From a virus: a stretch of 64,000 bases of DNA. The notes under the pieces are model-generated. The model was not told the origin of the DNA and ran no database searches. It was given only the letters and a program-made list of their open reading frames with translations. Below, piece by piece: positions 55,539-63,363 of this stretch. The stretch lies in the IMG/VR virus record IMGVR_UViG_3300047457_001149, positions 26,358 to 90,357 of that record; one strand, written 5' to 3'. The number at the start of each line of letters is the position of its first letter. Position 1 is the stretch's first letter. A program made the translations under genes and the position numbers.

Positions 55539-55866
55539 AGACACGTTCAAGAAGCGCGAGGAAGCCGTCAAGGTCTTCTGGGAGTGCCTGCAAGAGTGGC
55601 ACGCTGAGGCGCTCGTGAACTACCGCTACGTCGTGAACGAGGCCACGGGCCTCCTCGCGACGGGGGACGGCGAGGGGCCGGAGGACATGACCGTCCTGCC
55701 GGTCCCCAACGCGTCCATCTGCGAGGCGATCCAGGATCCGGGAGAGAAGGAGCGCGCGCTCGCGCGGCCCGAGCCCGGCATGTTCCGCCTCTTCGTCACG
55801 CGGAAGAACCGGCTTTCGTGGGCTGACTTCCCGATCGCGGCTCTCTCGGGCAACCGCCTCAACTGA
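55525..55866 (+). CDS. Hypothetical protein
   Basis: 113 aa; GGAGG RBS. Confidence 0.6.
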   Translation: MSMPEDTFKKREEAVKVFWECLQEWHAEALVNYRYVVNEATGLLATGDGEGPEDMTVLPVPNASICEAIQDPGEKERALARPEPGMFRLFVTRKNRLSWADFPIAALSGNRLN

Positions 55867-55874
55867 AGGGCCTC

Positions 55875-55917
55875 GGGCGCGCAGGGGACTCCACATCCCC
55901 TGCGCGCCCATTCTTTC
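55875..55917 (+). terminator. Terminator-like hairpin
   Basis: GGGCGCGCAGGGGA...TCCCCTGCGCGCCC then ATTCTTTC. Confidence 0.55.
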
Positions 55918-55920
55918 ACT

Positions 55921-56241
55921 ATGACCCCTCGACTCTACCGCGTCTTCGTTCCGAGCCGTGTGCTGGTACTCGCCTTCGACGAGGAGGCGGCCGCGCAGTT
56001 CGTGCTTGAGGAGCAAGTGGACAACTTGATCATGGAGGAGATGAGTGTCGTGAAGCTCACAGAGGAGAACATCCTGCCGAAGGAGCGCGAAGTGCGGCCT
56101 TACTTCTCAGGTGAGGTAAAGGAGCGCATCATTCGCGCGGCGTCGAACTGGCTGCTCATCATCAAGGCTGAAGAAGACGAAGAACGTCGACAACAAGAAG
56201 ACTTCGCACGCAGGCAGCTGAAGCTGCCGGGCGTCGAGTGA
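55921..56241 (+). CDS. Hypothetical protein
   Basis: 106 aa ending RQLKLPGVE. Confidence 0.65.
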   Translation: MTPRLYRVFVPSRVLVLAFDEEAAAQFVLEEQVDNLIMEEMSVVKLTEENILPKEREVRPYFSGEVKERIIRAASNWLLIIKAEEDEERRQQEDFARRQLKLPGVE

Positions 56242-56681
56242 CCCACAACTAAGCAGAAGAAGATCAGGAGAAGACCATGCTACGGCTCCTCCGAAGCCGT
56301 GCAGGAGGCGTGATGTCGGCCCCAAAACTGATCCGAGGCGTCATCAAAAAGTGGGCCATGGCCGACTACGGCTACGCCGGCCGCGGCAACGGCTACGGCT
56401 ACAGCGACGTCTACAGCTTCGGCGACGGTGACGGCTACGGCGACGCCTACGGCGATGGCTATGGCGACGGCTGCGGCGACGCCTACGGTGATGCCTGCGG
56501 CGACGGCTATGGCGACGGCGACGGCGACGGCCACGGCGACGGCTTCGGCTACGGCTGCGGCGAAGGTCGCGGCGACGGCAGCGGCACGTCGACAACAAAA
56601 AGACTTCGCACGCAGGCAGCTGAAGCTGCCGGGCGTCGAGTGACCCACAACGAGTCAGAAAAAGACCAGGAGAAGACCATG
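56184..56681 (+). repeat. 96-bp direct repeat (56184-56279 and 56586-56681) flanking Gly-rich unit 1
   Basis: ACGTCGACAACAA.AAGACTTCGCACGCAGGCAGCTGAAGCTGCCGGGCGTCGAGTGACCCACAAC...CAGGAGAAGACCATG in both. Confidence 0.95.
56313..56678 (+). CDS. Gly-rich peptide unit 1 (no stop; in frame with DUF6948-like gene to 57026)
   Basis: MSAPKLIRGVIKKWAMADYGY then (G-X)n core; AGGAGG RBS. Confidence 0.65.
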
Positions 56682-57026
56682 TCCATGACCACGACCAAGA
56701 AGACCACGACCAAGAAGCCCACGACCAAGAAGACCACGACCAAGAAGACCACCCCCGAGCGCCCCGTTCTCGTCACCACCGAGCACCGCGGCGTTTTCTT
56801 CGGCTACGCACAGAACACCGACGGCGACACCATCACGCTGCGCGGAGGGCGTCTTTGCATCTACTGGAGCCGCGACGTTCGCGGTTTCATGGGACTCGCG
56901 GCGAACGGTCCCACGGCGAGTTGCCGCATCGGGCCTGCCGCGGACATCACGCTCCGCAAGGTCACGGCGGTCGTCGAGGTGACTGAAGCCGCGGTGATGG
57001 CGTGGGAGGCGGCGCCGTGGGGCTGA
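56679..57026 (+). CDS. DUF6948-like protein (possible Sm-like fold) with N-terminal TTTKK repeats
   Basis: VLVTTEHRGVFFGY...ITLRGGRLCIYW...GLAANGP; 15-bp ACCACGACCAAGAAG x4; AGGAG RBS. Confidence 0.72.
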   Translation: MSMTTTKKTTTKKPTTKKTTTKKTTPERPVLVTTEHRGVFFGYAQNTDGDTITLRGGRLCIYWSRDVRGFMGLAANGPTASCRIGPAADITLRKVTAVVEVTEAAVMAWEAAPWG

Positions 57027-57244
57027 TCCGAGGCGTCGTTGAGGCGTGGGCTGCCGCCGAAGACGGCTGCGGCGACGGCTTCGGCTACGGCAACGGCGAA
57101 GGCTACGGCTACGGCAACGGCTTCGGCTACGGCGGCGGCTTCGGCTGCGGCGACGGCTTCGGCGGAGGCGGCGGCTACGGCTACGGCTTCGGCGGAGGCG
57201 GCGGCTACGGCGTCGGTTACTCCGAAGACGTGCAGGAAGCGTGA
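57017..57244 (+). CDS. Gly-rich peptide unit 2
   Basis: GTG start after GGAGG; LIRGVVEAWAAAEDG-(GX)n-GYSEDVQEA. Confidence 0.7.
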   Translation: MGLIRGVVEAWAAAEDGCGDGFGYGNGEGYGYGNGFGYGGGFGCGDGFGGGGGYGYGFGGGGGYGVGYSEDVQEA

Positions 57245-57471
57245 TGTCGAACCCGAAACTAATCCGAGGCGTCGCTGAGACGTGGGCCATGTCCGACTAC
57301 GGCTACGGCTACGGCTACGGCGACGGCTACGGCTACGGCTACGGCGACGGCTTCGGCTACGGCTACGGCTACGGCTACGGCGACGGCGAAGGCTACGGCT
57401 ACGGCGAAGGCTACGGCTACGGCGACGGCGACGGCGCCGGTTACTCCGAAGACGTGCAGGCGGCGCGATGA
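57244..57471 (+). CDS. Gly-rich peptide unit 3
   Basis: TGATG-coupled; MSNPKLIRGVAETWAMSDYG-(GX)n-GYSEDVQAAR. Confidence 0.75.
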   Translation: MSNPKLIRGVAETWAMSDYGYGYGYGDGYGYGYGDGFGYGYGYGYGDGEGYGYGEGYGYGDGDGAGYSEDVQAAR

Positions 57472-57698
57472 CGAGCCCGAAACTGATCCGAGGAGTCGTT
57501 GAGCCGTGGGCCATGGCCGACTACGGCTACGGCTACGGCGGCTACGGCTACGGCTACGACTGCGGCGTGGGCTACGGCTGCGGCGTGGGCTACGGCTTCG
57601 GCGACGGCGACGGCGACGGCGACGGCCACGGCTACGGCCGCAGCTACCTCTCCGGCGACGGCGGCGGTTACTCCGAAGACGTGCAGGCGGCGCGATGA
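57468..57698 (+). CDS. Gly-rich peptide unit 4
   Basis: ATGA-coupled; MTSPKLIRGVVEPWAMADYG-(GX)n-GYSEDVQAAR. Confidence 0.75.
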   Translation: MTSPKLIRGVVEPWAMADYGYGYGGYGYGYDCGVGYGCGVGYGFGDGDGDGDGHGYGRSYLSGDGGGYSEDVQAAR

Positions 57699-58027
57699 CG
57701 AGCCCGAAACTAATCCGAGGCGTCGTCGAAGACTGGGCTGCCGCCGAAGACGGCTTTGGCGACGGCTTTGGCGACGTCTTCGGCTACGGCTTTGGCTACG
57801 GCGACGGCTTCGGCTACGGCTGCGTCAACGGCGACGGCTACGGCTTCGGCTGCGTAAACGGCGACGGCTACGGCTACGGCTACGGCTTCGGCGACGGCGA
57901 CGGCTTCGGCGACAGCGACGGCTACGGCGACGGCTACGGCTACGGCGGCGGCGACGCCTACGGCGGCGGCTACGGCAACGGCGACGGCTACGGTGACGGA
58001 TACTCCGAAGACGTGAAGGAGGCGTGA
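57695..58027 (+). CDS. Gly-rich peptide unit 5
   Basis: ATGA-coupled; MTSPKLIRGVVEDWAAAEDG-(GX)n-GYSEDVKEA. Confidence 0.75.
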   Translation: MTSPKLIRGVVEDWAAAEDGFGDGFGDVFGYGFGYGDGFGYGCVNGDGYGFGCVNGDGYGYGYGFGDGDGFGDSDGYGDGYGYGGGDAYGGGYGNGDGYGDGYSEDVKEA

Positions 58028-58785
58028 TGCCGTCTCTCTGGTCAAAGAGCCGCCCTCGGCACCTCAAGATCATCAGCGAGGTCGACCAGGAGCCCCTACC
58101 TGATCGGCTTCATATCACCGCGAACTCGAAGACCGGCGTGTCTATCGACTTCGCGGTGCACCTCACGTGCTCACCTACCCAGGTGTGCATGGGTTACGGC
58201 GAGGAGTCAGCGGGGTGCTACGCGCTCCAAGGCTTCATGTCGTTCCCTAACGCCGTAAAGCACCACGTGCGAAATCAACGGCTGATGGAGGACCTCGTGG
58301 CGCGAAAGCCGCAAGAGGTGCTCCAGGTTGCGACGAAGCTCTGGGCAGACTTGCCCCGGGGCGTCGATTGGATCCGCTGGAACGGCGCGGGCGACTTGTC
58401 GCTCGGCGCCGTTCGGCTGATCAACGCGTTCTCAGCGAGGTACCCGGAGATCATCCTCTGGATCACCACGCGCCTTCCGGATCTCGCCTGCGAGATCAAA
58501 GACCGAAAGTCCATCCGGCTTCTCCTCTCGCTCGATCGCTCGACGCCGCCGAAGGTGGCCGAGAGAATCTGGGCGGTGCCAGAGAGGTTCCGTAAGGGCG
58601 TGGCGCGAGTCTCGTACACGCGCGTCTCTGAGGCCGACGTGCCGCCGAAAGGCGTGCACGTCGTCTTCAACAAGCACACATCAGGCAGATACAACGACTG
58701 GCCGCACGTGCGGGTGTGCCCCGCGTCGCTCTCGACCGGAGAGCACGAGGGTGCGTGCGACCCGTGCAGGAAGTGTTTCAAATGA
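58027..58785 (+). CDS. GP88-family / radical-SAM-like Fe-S protein
   Basis: NSKTG, CSPTQVC-x9-CYA, IRWNGAGDL, WITTR, LSLD, terminal CPAS...CDPCRKCF; TGATG-coupled to unit 5. Confidence 0.7.
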   Translation: MPSLWSKSRPRHLKIISEVDQEPLPDRLHITANSKTGVSIDFAVHLTCSPTQVCMGYGEESAGCYALQGFMSFPNAVKHHVRNQRLMEDLVARKPQEVLQVATKLWADLPRGVDWIRWNGAGDLSLGAVRLINAFSARYPEIILWITTRLPDLACEIKDRKSIRLLLSLDRSTPPKVAERIWAVPERFRKGVARVSYTRVSEADVPPKGVHVVFNKHTSGRYNDWPHVRVCPASLSTGEHEGACDPCRKCFK

Positions 58786-59054
58786 AAGACTTCGAACAAG
58801 AGGTGACGGCAGTCCTTTGGGGCGTCGGCGAGATGCTCAAGAAGAAGAACGCGGCGTACGGAGACTCGGCGCTCTCGCCCGTGCGGATCTTCTCGAAGGC
58901 GGATCCCGTCGAGCAGATCCTCGTGCGGATCGACGACAAGCTCTCGCGACTGGCGCGGGGGATGGCGGCGGGAGAGGACGTCGAGGACGACCTCATGGGG
59001 TATCTGGTGCTACTCAAGATCGCGAAGATGAGGAGGAAGCGGGAAGAGAGGTGA
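58782..59054 (+). CDS. DUF1599 / nucleotide-modification-associated (Nmad1-like) protein
   Basis: LKKKNAAYGDS...ILVRIDDKLSRL...DLMGYLVL. Confidence 0.75.
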   Translation: MKDFEQEVTAVLWGVGEMLKKKNAAYGDSALSPVRIFSKADPVEQILVRIDDKLSRLARGMAAGEDVEDDLMGYLVLLKIAKMRRKREER

Positions 59055-59094
59055 ATTCGTAGATCGGGCCCTGAGCGTCTCGCTCAGGGCCTCC

Positions 59095-59169
59095 GCTGAC
59101 GTAGCTCAACGGTAGAGCTCCGGCTTTGTAATCCGGGGGTTGAGGGTTCGATTCCCTTCGTCAGCTCCA
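59095..59169 (+). tRNA. tRNA-Thr (UGU)
   Basis: GCTGACG/CGTCAGC acceptor, GCTC/GAGC D arm, loop TT-TGT-AA, GGTTCGATTCC T arm, encoded CCA; 11-bp hairpin just upstream (59067-59091). Confidence 0.92.
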
Positions 59170-59184
59170 TAGGAAGGAGGGCCT

Positions 59185-60012
59185 ATGCCACGGGTGACGT
59201 GGACCAAAGAAGAGGATGATGTTCTCAGGCGGGCGTATCGAAAGATCGTCGGGCGGACGACGCAGGAGAGCGTTTGGCGAAAGATCTTGGAGCAGCTGCC
59301 GCGCCGTTCGAAGGCGTCGTGCCTTGTGCGCGCGAGCAAGCTCAGGATCGCTAACAAGGCGAGGTGGTCAGAGGCAGAGGACAAGATCATCAGGGATTGG
59401 TTCGCCGACGGCTCTGTTCGCGGCATAAAGAAGCTCCTGCCCCGGCGGAGCTGGGAGGCGATCAAAGGCCGCGCCAAGCGGCTCGGGGTCAATTCGCTTC
59501 GCTGGCAGGGCTACGTGTCGGTGACGGAGGCGGCGGCGCGCCTGAACTTCTCGTTGTCTTACTTCACGAACATCTTGAAGGCGATGGGCGTGGCGCTGCG
59601 AAATCGCGCAAACGAAGGAGGTAAGAGGGCACGCTACCGCCATCATGTGGTCGAGTGGGAAGAGGCCGAGGACGCGGTCAAGCGTTGGTTGGCGCTGGAC
59701 ACGACGCGCGCGGCGGCGGAGCGGTGGGGACTTAAACGGGACCGAGTGCAGCGCTGGGTCCGGGAGGCGCGTGGGTATCAAGAGAAGCCGGGGGTGGCGC
59801 TGAGGCTGCCTGCGGCAGAGTTCGACAAGATCATCAAGGAACGACTCGAAAAAGGAAAGAGGGCGAAAGATGGCGAACAACTATCAGCTGTGGAGCGAGA
59901 GCGTCGAGAACCTTTCGGACGAGGAGATCGAGTGGATCAAGGACACACTTACCTGGTCTCCTACGGAGGAGGAGGAGGAGGACCCGAACTTCGAGTGTCC
60001 CGCGTGGTATGA
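59185..60012 (+). CDS. Myb/SANT-like repeat and HTH DNA-binding protein
   Basis: WTKEEDDVLRRAY...LPRRSKASC and WSEAEDKIIRDWF...LPRRSWEAI; SVTEAAARL. Confidence 0.7.
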   Translation: MPRVTWTKEEDDVLRRAYRKIVGRTTQESVWRKILEQLPRRSKASCLVRASKLRIANKARWSEAEDKIIRDWFADGSVRGIKKLLPRRSWEAIKGRAKRLGVNSLRWQGYVSVTEAAARLNFSLSYFTNILKAMGVALRNRANEGGKRARYRHHVVEWEEAEDAVKRWLALDTTRAAAERWGLKRDRVQRWVREARGYQEKPGVALRLPAAEFDKIIKERLEKGKRAKDGEQLSAVERERREPFGRGDRVDQGHTYLVSYGGGGGGPELRVSRVV

Positions 60013-60313
60013 CCGCGACGCAGGGGGTTGCGGCTTCGACTACAACCTCGACAAGAAGTCCAGGTCGCTGCACGTATACTCCGAAGAGAACGGCAACCTG
60101 GACGCCTTGGTGGACTTCCTCCAGGAGTTCATCAACCGCTTCCGGCCCGAGATGCTCTTCGTGATCACGTGGGCGGAGACGTGCTCGAAGCCCCGGATCG
60201 GCCAGTTCGGGGGCGGGGCCGTGGTGATCCACAGGGACGGCGCCCGGTGGCTGACCGCCTGGGCGTGGGCGCGGGAGCAGGTTGAAGAGATTCAGGCGGA
60301 GAAGAAGGCGTGA
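59870..60313 (+). CDS. Hypothetical protein
   Basis: MANNYQLWSE...WAETCSKPRIGQFGGGA. Confidence 0.7.
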   Translation: MANNYQLWSESVENLSDEEIEWIKDTLTWSPTEEEEEDPNFECPAWYDRDAGGCGFDYNLDKKSRSLHVYSEENGNLDALVDFLQEFINRFRPEMLFVITWAETCSKPRIGQFGGGAVVIHRDGARWLTAWAWAREQVEEIQAEKKA

Positions 60314-60630
60314 GCGACTTCGAGACGAAGACCCTCAGGGGCAAGGCGCGGAAGGCGGCGGAGATCATCCTCAATGCCGCAGGACCGGTGAGCGGGGGAG
60401 GCTGCAAGGCCTTCTACTCGCAGAAGGAATGGCGAGATCGAGGCGAGGAGTACGGCCGAAAGGCGGTGCTCATCGTGGTGCACGACGGCGGCGACCTCGC
60501 GCCCTTCTTCAGCTGGTCTTACGGCCAGGAGGAGAAGCAGGCGGCGATGCGCGCGGCGCTCGGCAAGGAGAAGATGTGGGCAGAGGCGTGTACCGGTTGG
60601 TACACGGCGATCTACGAAAGGACGAAGTGA
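60310..60630 (+). CDS. Hypothetical protein
   Basis: GGCKAFYSQKEW...LIVVHDGGD. Confidence 0.7.
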   Translation: MSDFETKTLRGKARKAAEIILNAAGPVSGGGCKAFYSQKEWRDRGEEYGRKAVLIVVHDGGDLAPFFSWSYGQEEKQAAMRAALGKEKMWAEACTGWYTAIYERTK

Positions 60631-60923
60631 TGAAGGTCACGATCACGAGGAAGAGCCGTGGAATCGGCTACGGCTCGACCAGCGAGGTCGAGCAGGGGCC
60701 TGGTGGCCTGAGGATCAAGGACGTCAAGTCCCCAGATCTCTCCGGGCTGAGCCCGCGCGCGGCCTGCGACGCGCACCAGCAGGCGTGGAGGCTGAATCAA
60801 GGGCACTCCTGGCGCAGTGCCTTTTTCTGGAAGGGAAAGAAGATCAAGCGCAGCGACGTGCTCTGGGAGCTGGAGCTCCTCGTCAACGGCGGCAACCCGA
60901 TCGAGGTGGAGGTTGAGGAATGA
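60630..60923 (+). CDS. Hypothetical protein
   Basis: TGATG-coupled; MKVTITRK. Confidence 0.6.
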   Translation: MKVTITRKSRGIGYGSTSEVEQGPGGLRIKDVKSPDLSGLSPRAACDAHQQAWRLNQGHSWRSAFFWKGKKIKRSDVLWELELLVNGGNPIEVEVEE

Positions 60924-61426
60924 AGAAGAGATACTACCTGATTCCCTCGCAGGGCTATCAAGTGCTCCATCTCTCGCTCAGCGAGGAGGGCATCCGGTGG
61001 CTGGGAGAAGCCCGGAGGCGGATGCTCTCGCTGATGAAGCAGGAACCGGAGCTCCAGGCCATGGTGTACTCCGGCCTGGAGAGGTTCGCCACGGCCTCGA
61101 TCATCGAGAATGTGCTGGGCGATGACGATATTCGAGAGGCCCTGTACGACGACAACAGCGTCGTGCTGCTGGCGGCTCCGGCGGACTTTCCGATGAAGGA
61201 GGTTCACCTGTCGGGCTTTAACTCGGTTCAGGTCGTCAAGTACGGCGTAAAGCTGTCGGGGGTGCGGCCGGACTGGAAGCTCATCAGCTGGCAGGAGCTG
61301 GGGGTCGACGCGGACGAGGATCTCCTGCGGTGTCGCTACGCGGACTGCGACGAGGCGCATCCGGTGGCGACGGAGAATGAGTTGGTGACGTGCATGAAGT
61401 GCAGGAAGGACATGGGAATCGAATGA
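60920..61426 (+). CDS. Hypothetical protein with C-terminal Cys motif
   Basis: CRYADC...CMKC. Confidence 0.6.
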   Translation: MKKRYYLIPSQGYQVLHLSLSEEGIRWLGEARRRMLSLMKQEPELQAMVYSGLERFATASIIENVLGDDDIREALYDDNSVVLLAAPADFPMKEVHLSGFNSVQVVKYGVKLSGVRPDWKLISWQELGVDADEDLLRCRYADCDEAHPVATENELVTCMKCRKDMGIE

Positions 61427-61917
61427 GAGCCGCCGACAGCATCCCCCGCTACCCGTACCTCGTTCAGCGGCTTCGCTGGACGGGCGGGGGCGCAAAGGCA
61501 GGGAGCGAAGGGGTCAAGATCGGTGACTTCTTCGACTTCGACTACATGGGGAGCGCGGAGTTTGAGTTTGGCGCGATCCCCGCCGCGAAGCGCGCCCTCC
61601 GTGCCGAACTGGAGGCGCTCGGCTGGCCCGACCCCGAGAAGATCAAAGTGGAGGAGTATGTTTTCTGGTACGTCGGGGGGCCGCGCGACCGCGAGCTCGC
61701 GGAGGTTTGGGTTCGCGAAGAGCTCAAAACCGACTTCACGGGCATGAAGGAACGCTCGGACCTTCGGCGGGCGGTGACCGAGCCCGATAAGTGGTCCCCC
61801 AACGGCTGGTGGGCCATCGACAACGATGGCCGCTCAGGAAGTGCGGGCTTCGCGCTCTTCGCGGTGTTTCTCAAGAAGGACTACGCACGGGACTTTATCA
61901 AGGGAGTAAAAGGATGA
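61423..61917 (+). CDS. Conserved phage accessory protein
   Basis: FDYMGSAEFEFGAIP motif. Confidence 0.7.
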   Translation: MRAADSIPRYPYLVQRLRWTGGGAKAGSEGVKIGDFFDFDYMGSAEFEFGAIPAAKRALRAELEALGWPDPEKIKVEEYVFWYVGGPRDRELAEVWVREELKTDFTGMKERSDLRRAVTEPDKWSPNGWWAIDNDGRSGSAGFALFAVFLKKDYARDFIKGVKG

Positions 61918-62495
61918 CTGCTGAAGAGATCGTCGAAGCTATCAAGGAACTCAAGACGGTAGCGACGCTTCAGAAGATGGGCCTGGGCAAAGACGGCATC
62001 GAGTGGGTCAAGAGCCTGGGGGACGTTCCGGCGCGCTCGGTGTGGCGTGCGTGCGTCAATCCCGAATGGCTGGGCTGCTTTCTGGAAAGCCTCCACAAAC
62101 GAGGTCGGCTTTCTCCAAAGTACCTGGTCAGTGCGGCAGTGGCGTGCGCAGAGAGCGTCGAGCACCTTTCCAGAAACGACGGGGGTCGGGTGCGCCGTGC
62201 GAACGAGGCGGTGCGCGGTTGGCTTCGAGGCAAGGTCACCGAGGAGGAGCTGGAAGCCGCCAAGATCGGCGCATACGTGGCTGCGGCGTCGCAGGATCGC
62301 GAACGTGTCCACGCTGCAACTACGGCGGCGACGGCGGCGGCCTCGGCGAAAAACGACGTGCTCTACGTGCACGACGCGATCGCGGCTGCGGCCAAAGTGA
62401 AGGAGGCCAAAGAGCTGTGCGACGTGATTCGCGCTGAGGTCGCGTGGGAGATCGTTCAAGAGGCATTTAACAAGGAGCAGGCGGATGAACGCTGA
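61914..62495 (+). CDS. Imm5-like Ala-rich helical protein
   Basis: AVACAESVEHL...RRANEAVRGWLRGKVTEEELEAA...Ala run. Confidence 0.6.
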   Translation: MTAEEIVEAIKELKTVATLQKMGLGKDGIEWVKSLGDVPARSVWRACVNPEWLGCFLESLHKRGRLSPKYLVSAAVACAESVEHLSRNDGGRVRRANEAVRGWLRGKVTEEELEAAKIGAYVAAASQDRERVHAATTAATAAASAKNDVLYVHDAIAAAAKVKEAKELCDVIRAEVAWEIVQEAFNKEQADER

Positions 62496-62949
62496 AGAGA
62501 TCATCGAGGCAATCAAGGAACTCAGGAAGAAGTACCAGGCCCTGGTCGAGGAGGAGGGGCAGAAGTATTTCGACGAGAGGCCGTGGGTCCCCTACTTCGA
62601 CCAGAAGGAATGGGAGGACGGGATCCTCGCGGACGACGACACCGGGGAGTCGGTCAGGAAATGGGAGGTCCGTTCGGAGGACGAGCTCTTCTTCCCGGAG
62701 CTCAAGAACAAGGACTACGTGTACCTCCACTGGCAGCCCGACGAGACTTCGTCGGGTTACGGAGTCTCGCTCACCAACGAGGATGGCTGGGAGCGCTTTA
62801 AGAAGGCGCTCCAATACCGGAACTACGACTGCCGGTGCGGTGAGAAAATGAAGCGGGTCGAGGGCGAGAAAAAGGTCTTGGACAATGGGCGGACGTTCCG
62901 CTGCCCGGCGGGCCATCTGACCTGGTTCGGAAAGGAGGACGAGAAGTGA
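62485..62949 (+). CDS. Hypothetical protein sharing its N-terminus with the upstream gene
   Basis: MNAEEIIEAIKEL versus MTAEEIVEAIKEL; CRC...CPAGH. Confidence 0.65.
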   Translation: MNAEEIIEAIKELRKKYQALVEEEGQKYFDERPWVPYFDQKEWEDGILADDDTGESVRKWEVRSEDELFFPELKNKDYVYLHWQPDETSSGYGVSLTNEDGWERFKKALQYRNYDCRCGEKMKRVEGEKKVLDNGRTFRCPAGHLTWFGKEDEK

Positions 62950-63251
62950 GCGAGCAGACGGAGGCCCAGTCGGCCAAGTGGCAGGCGCGCGCCATCTACA
63001 ACGACGGCCCCTACACGATCGACATCGTCTGGGACCGGCAGAGCTGCGTGGGGCCCGAAAAGGACACCGAGAGGCTGGTGAAGTGGCTGAACGCCTACGG
63101 GCTCAAGGGCATGCGCCGAGAGGTGCAGAAGGCGGGGCTCGGGACGAGCGAGTTCCGGGAGGTGGTCTACAAGAGCAGGGGGTATCAGCTGACCGGTAAC
63201 CCTCGGGCGTCGTACGGGTACCTTTACCTGGAGGCTAAGAAGGAGGGGTGA
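62946..63251 (+). CDS. Hypothetical protein
   Basis: GTGA-coupled; ASYGYLYL. Confidence 0.65.
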   Translation: MSEQTEAQSAKWQARAIYNDGPYTIDIVWDRQSCVGPEKDTERLVKWLNAYGLKGMRREVQKAGLGTSEFREVVYKSRGYQLTGNPRASYGYLYLEAKKEG

Positions 63252-63363
63252 CAGAGGCCGGGGGGGCCAAGGGCCCCCGCTAGGCACCCGGGGGCGTCGG
63301 CCCCGGGAAGCGCTTCGGCGCTTCTTTTGTGTTATATTTCTAGGAGAAGGAAGAGGAGGAATT

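Noticed and set aside
57210-58030. Repeat-spacer pattern as a CRISPR array
   Set aside because: Repeats are about 75 bp and degenerate, spacers are 150-260 bp low-complexity coding DNA, and no cas genes are present
56280-58073. Poly-Arg/Leu (RLRLRR), poly-Ala/Thr and poly-Ala/Val ORFs in the track
   Set aside because: Alternative frames and antisense of the GGC-NNC repeats; only the Gly-X frame has RBS or coupled starts with conserved leader and tail
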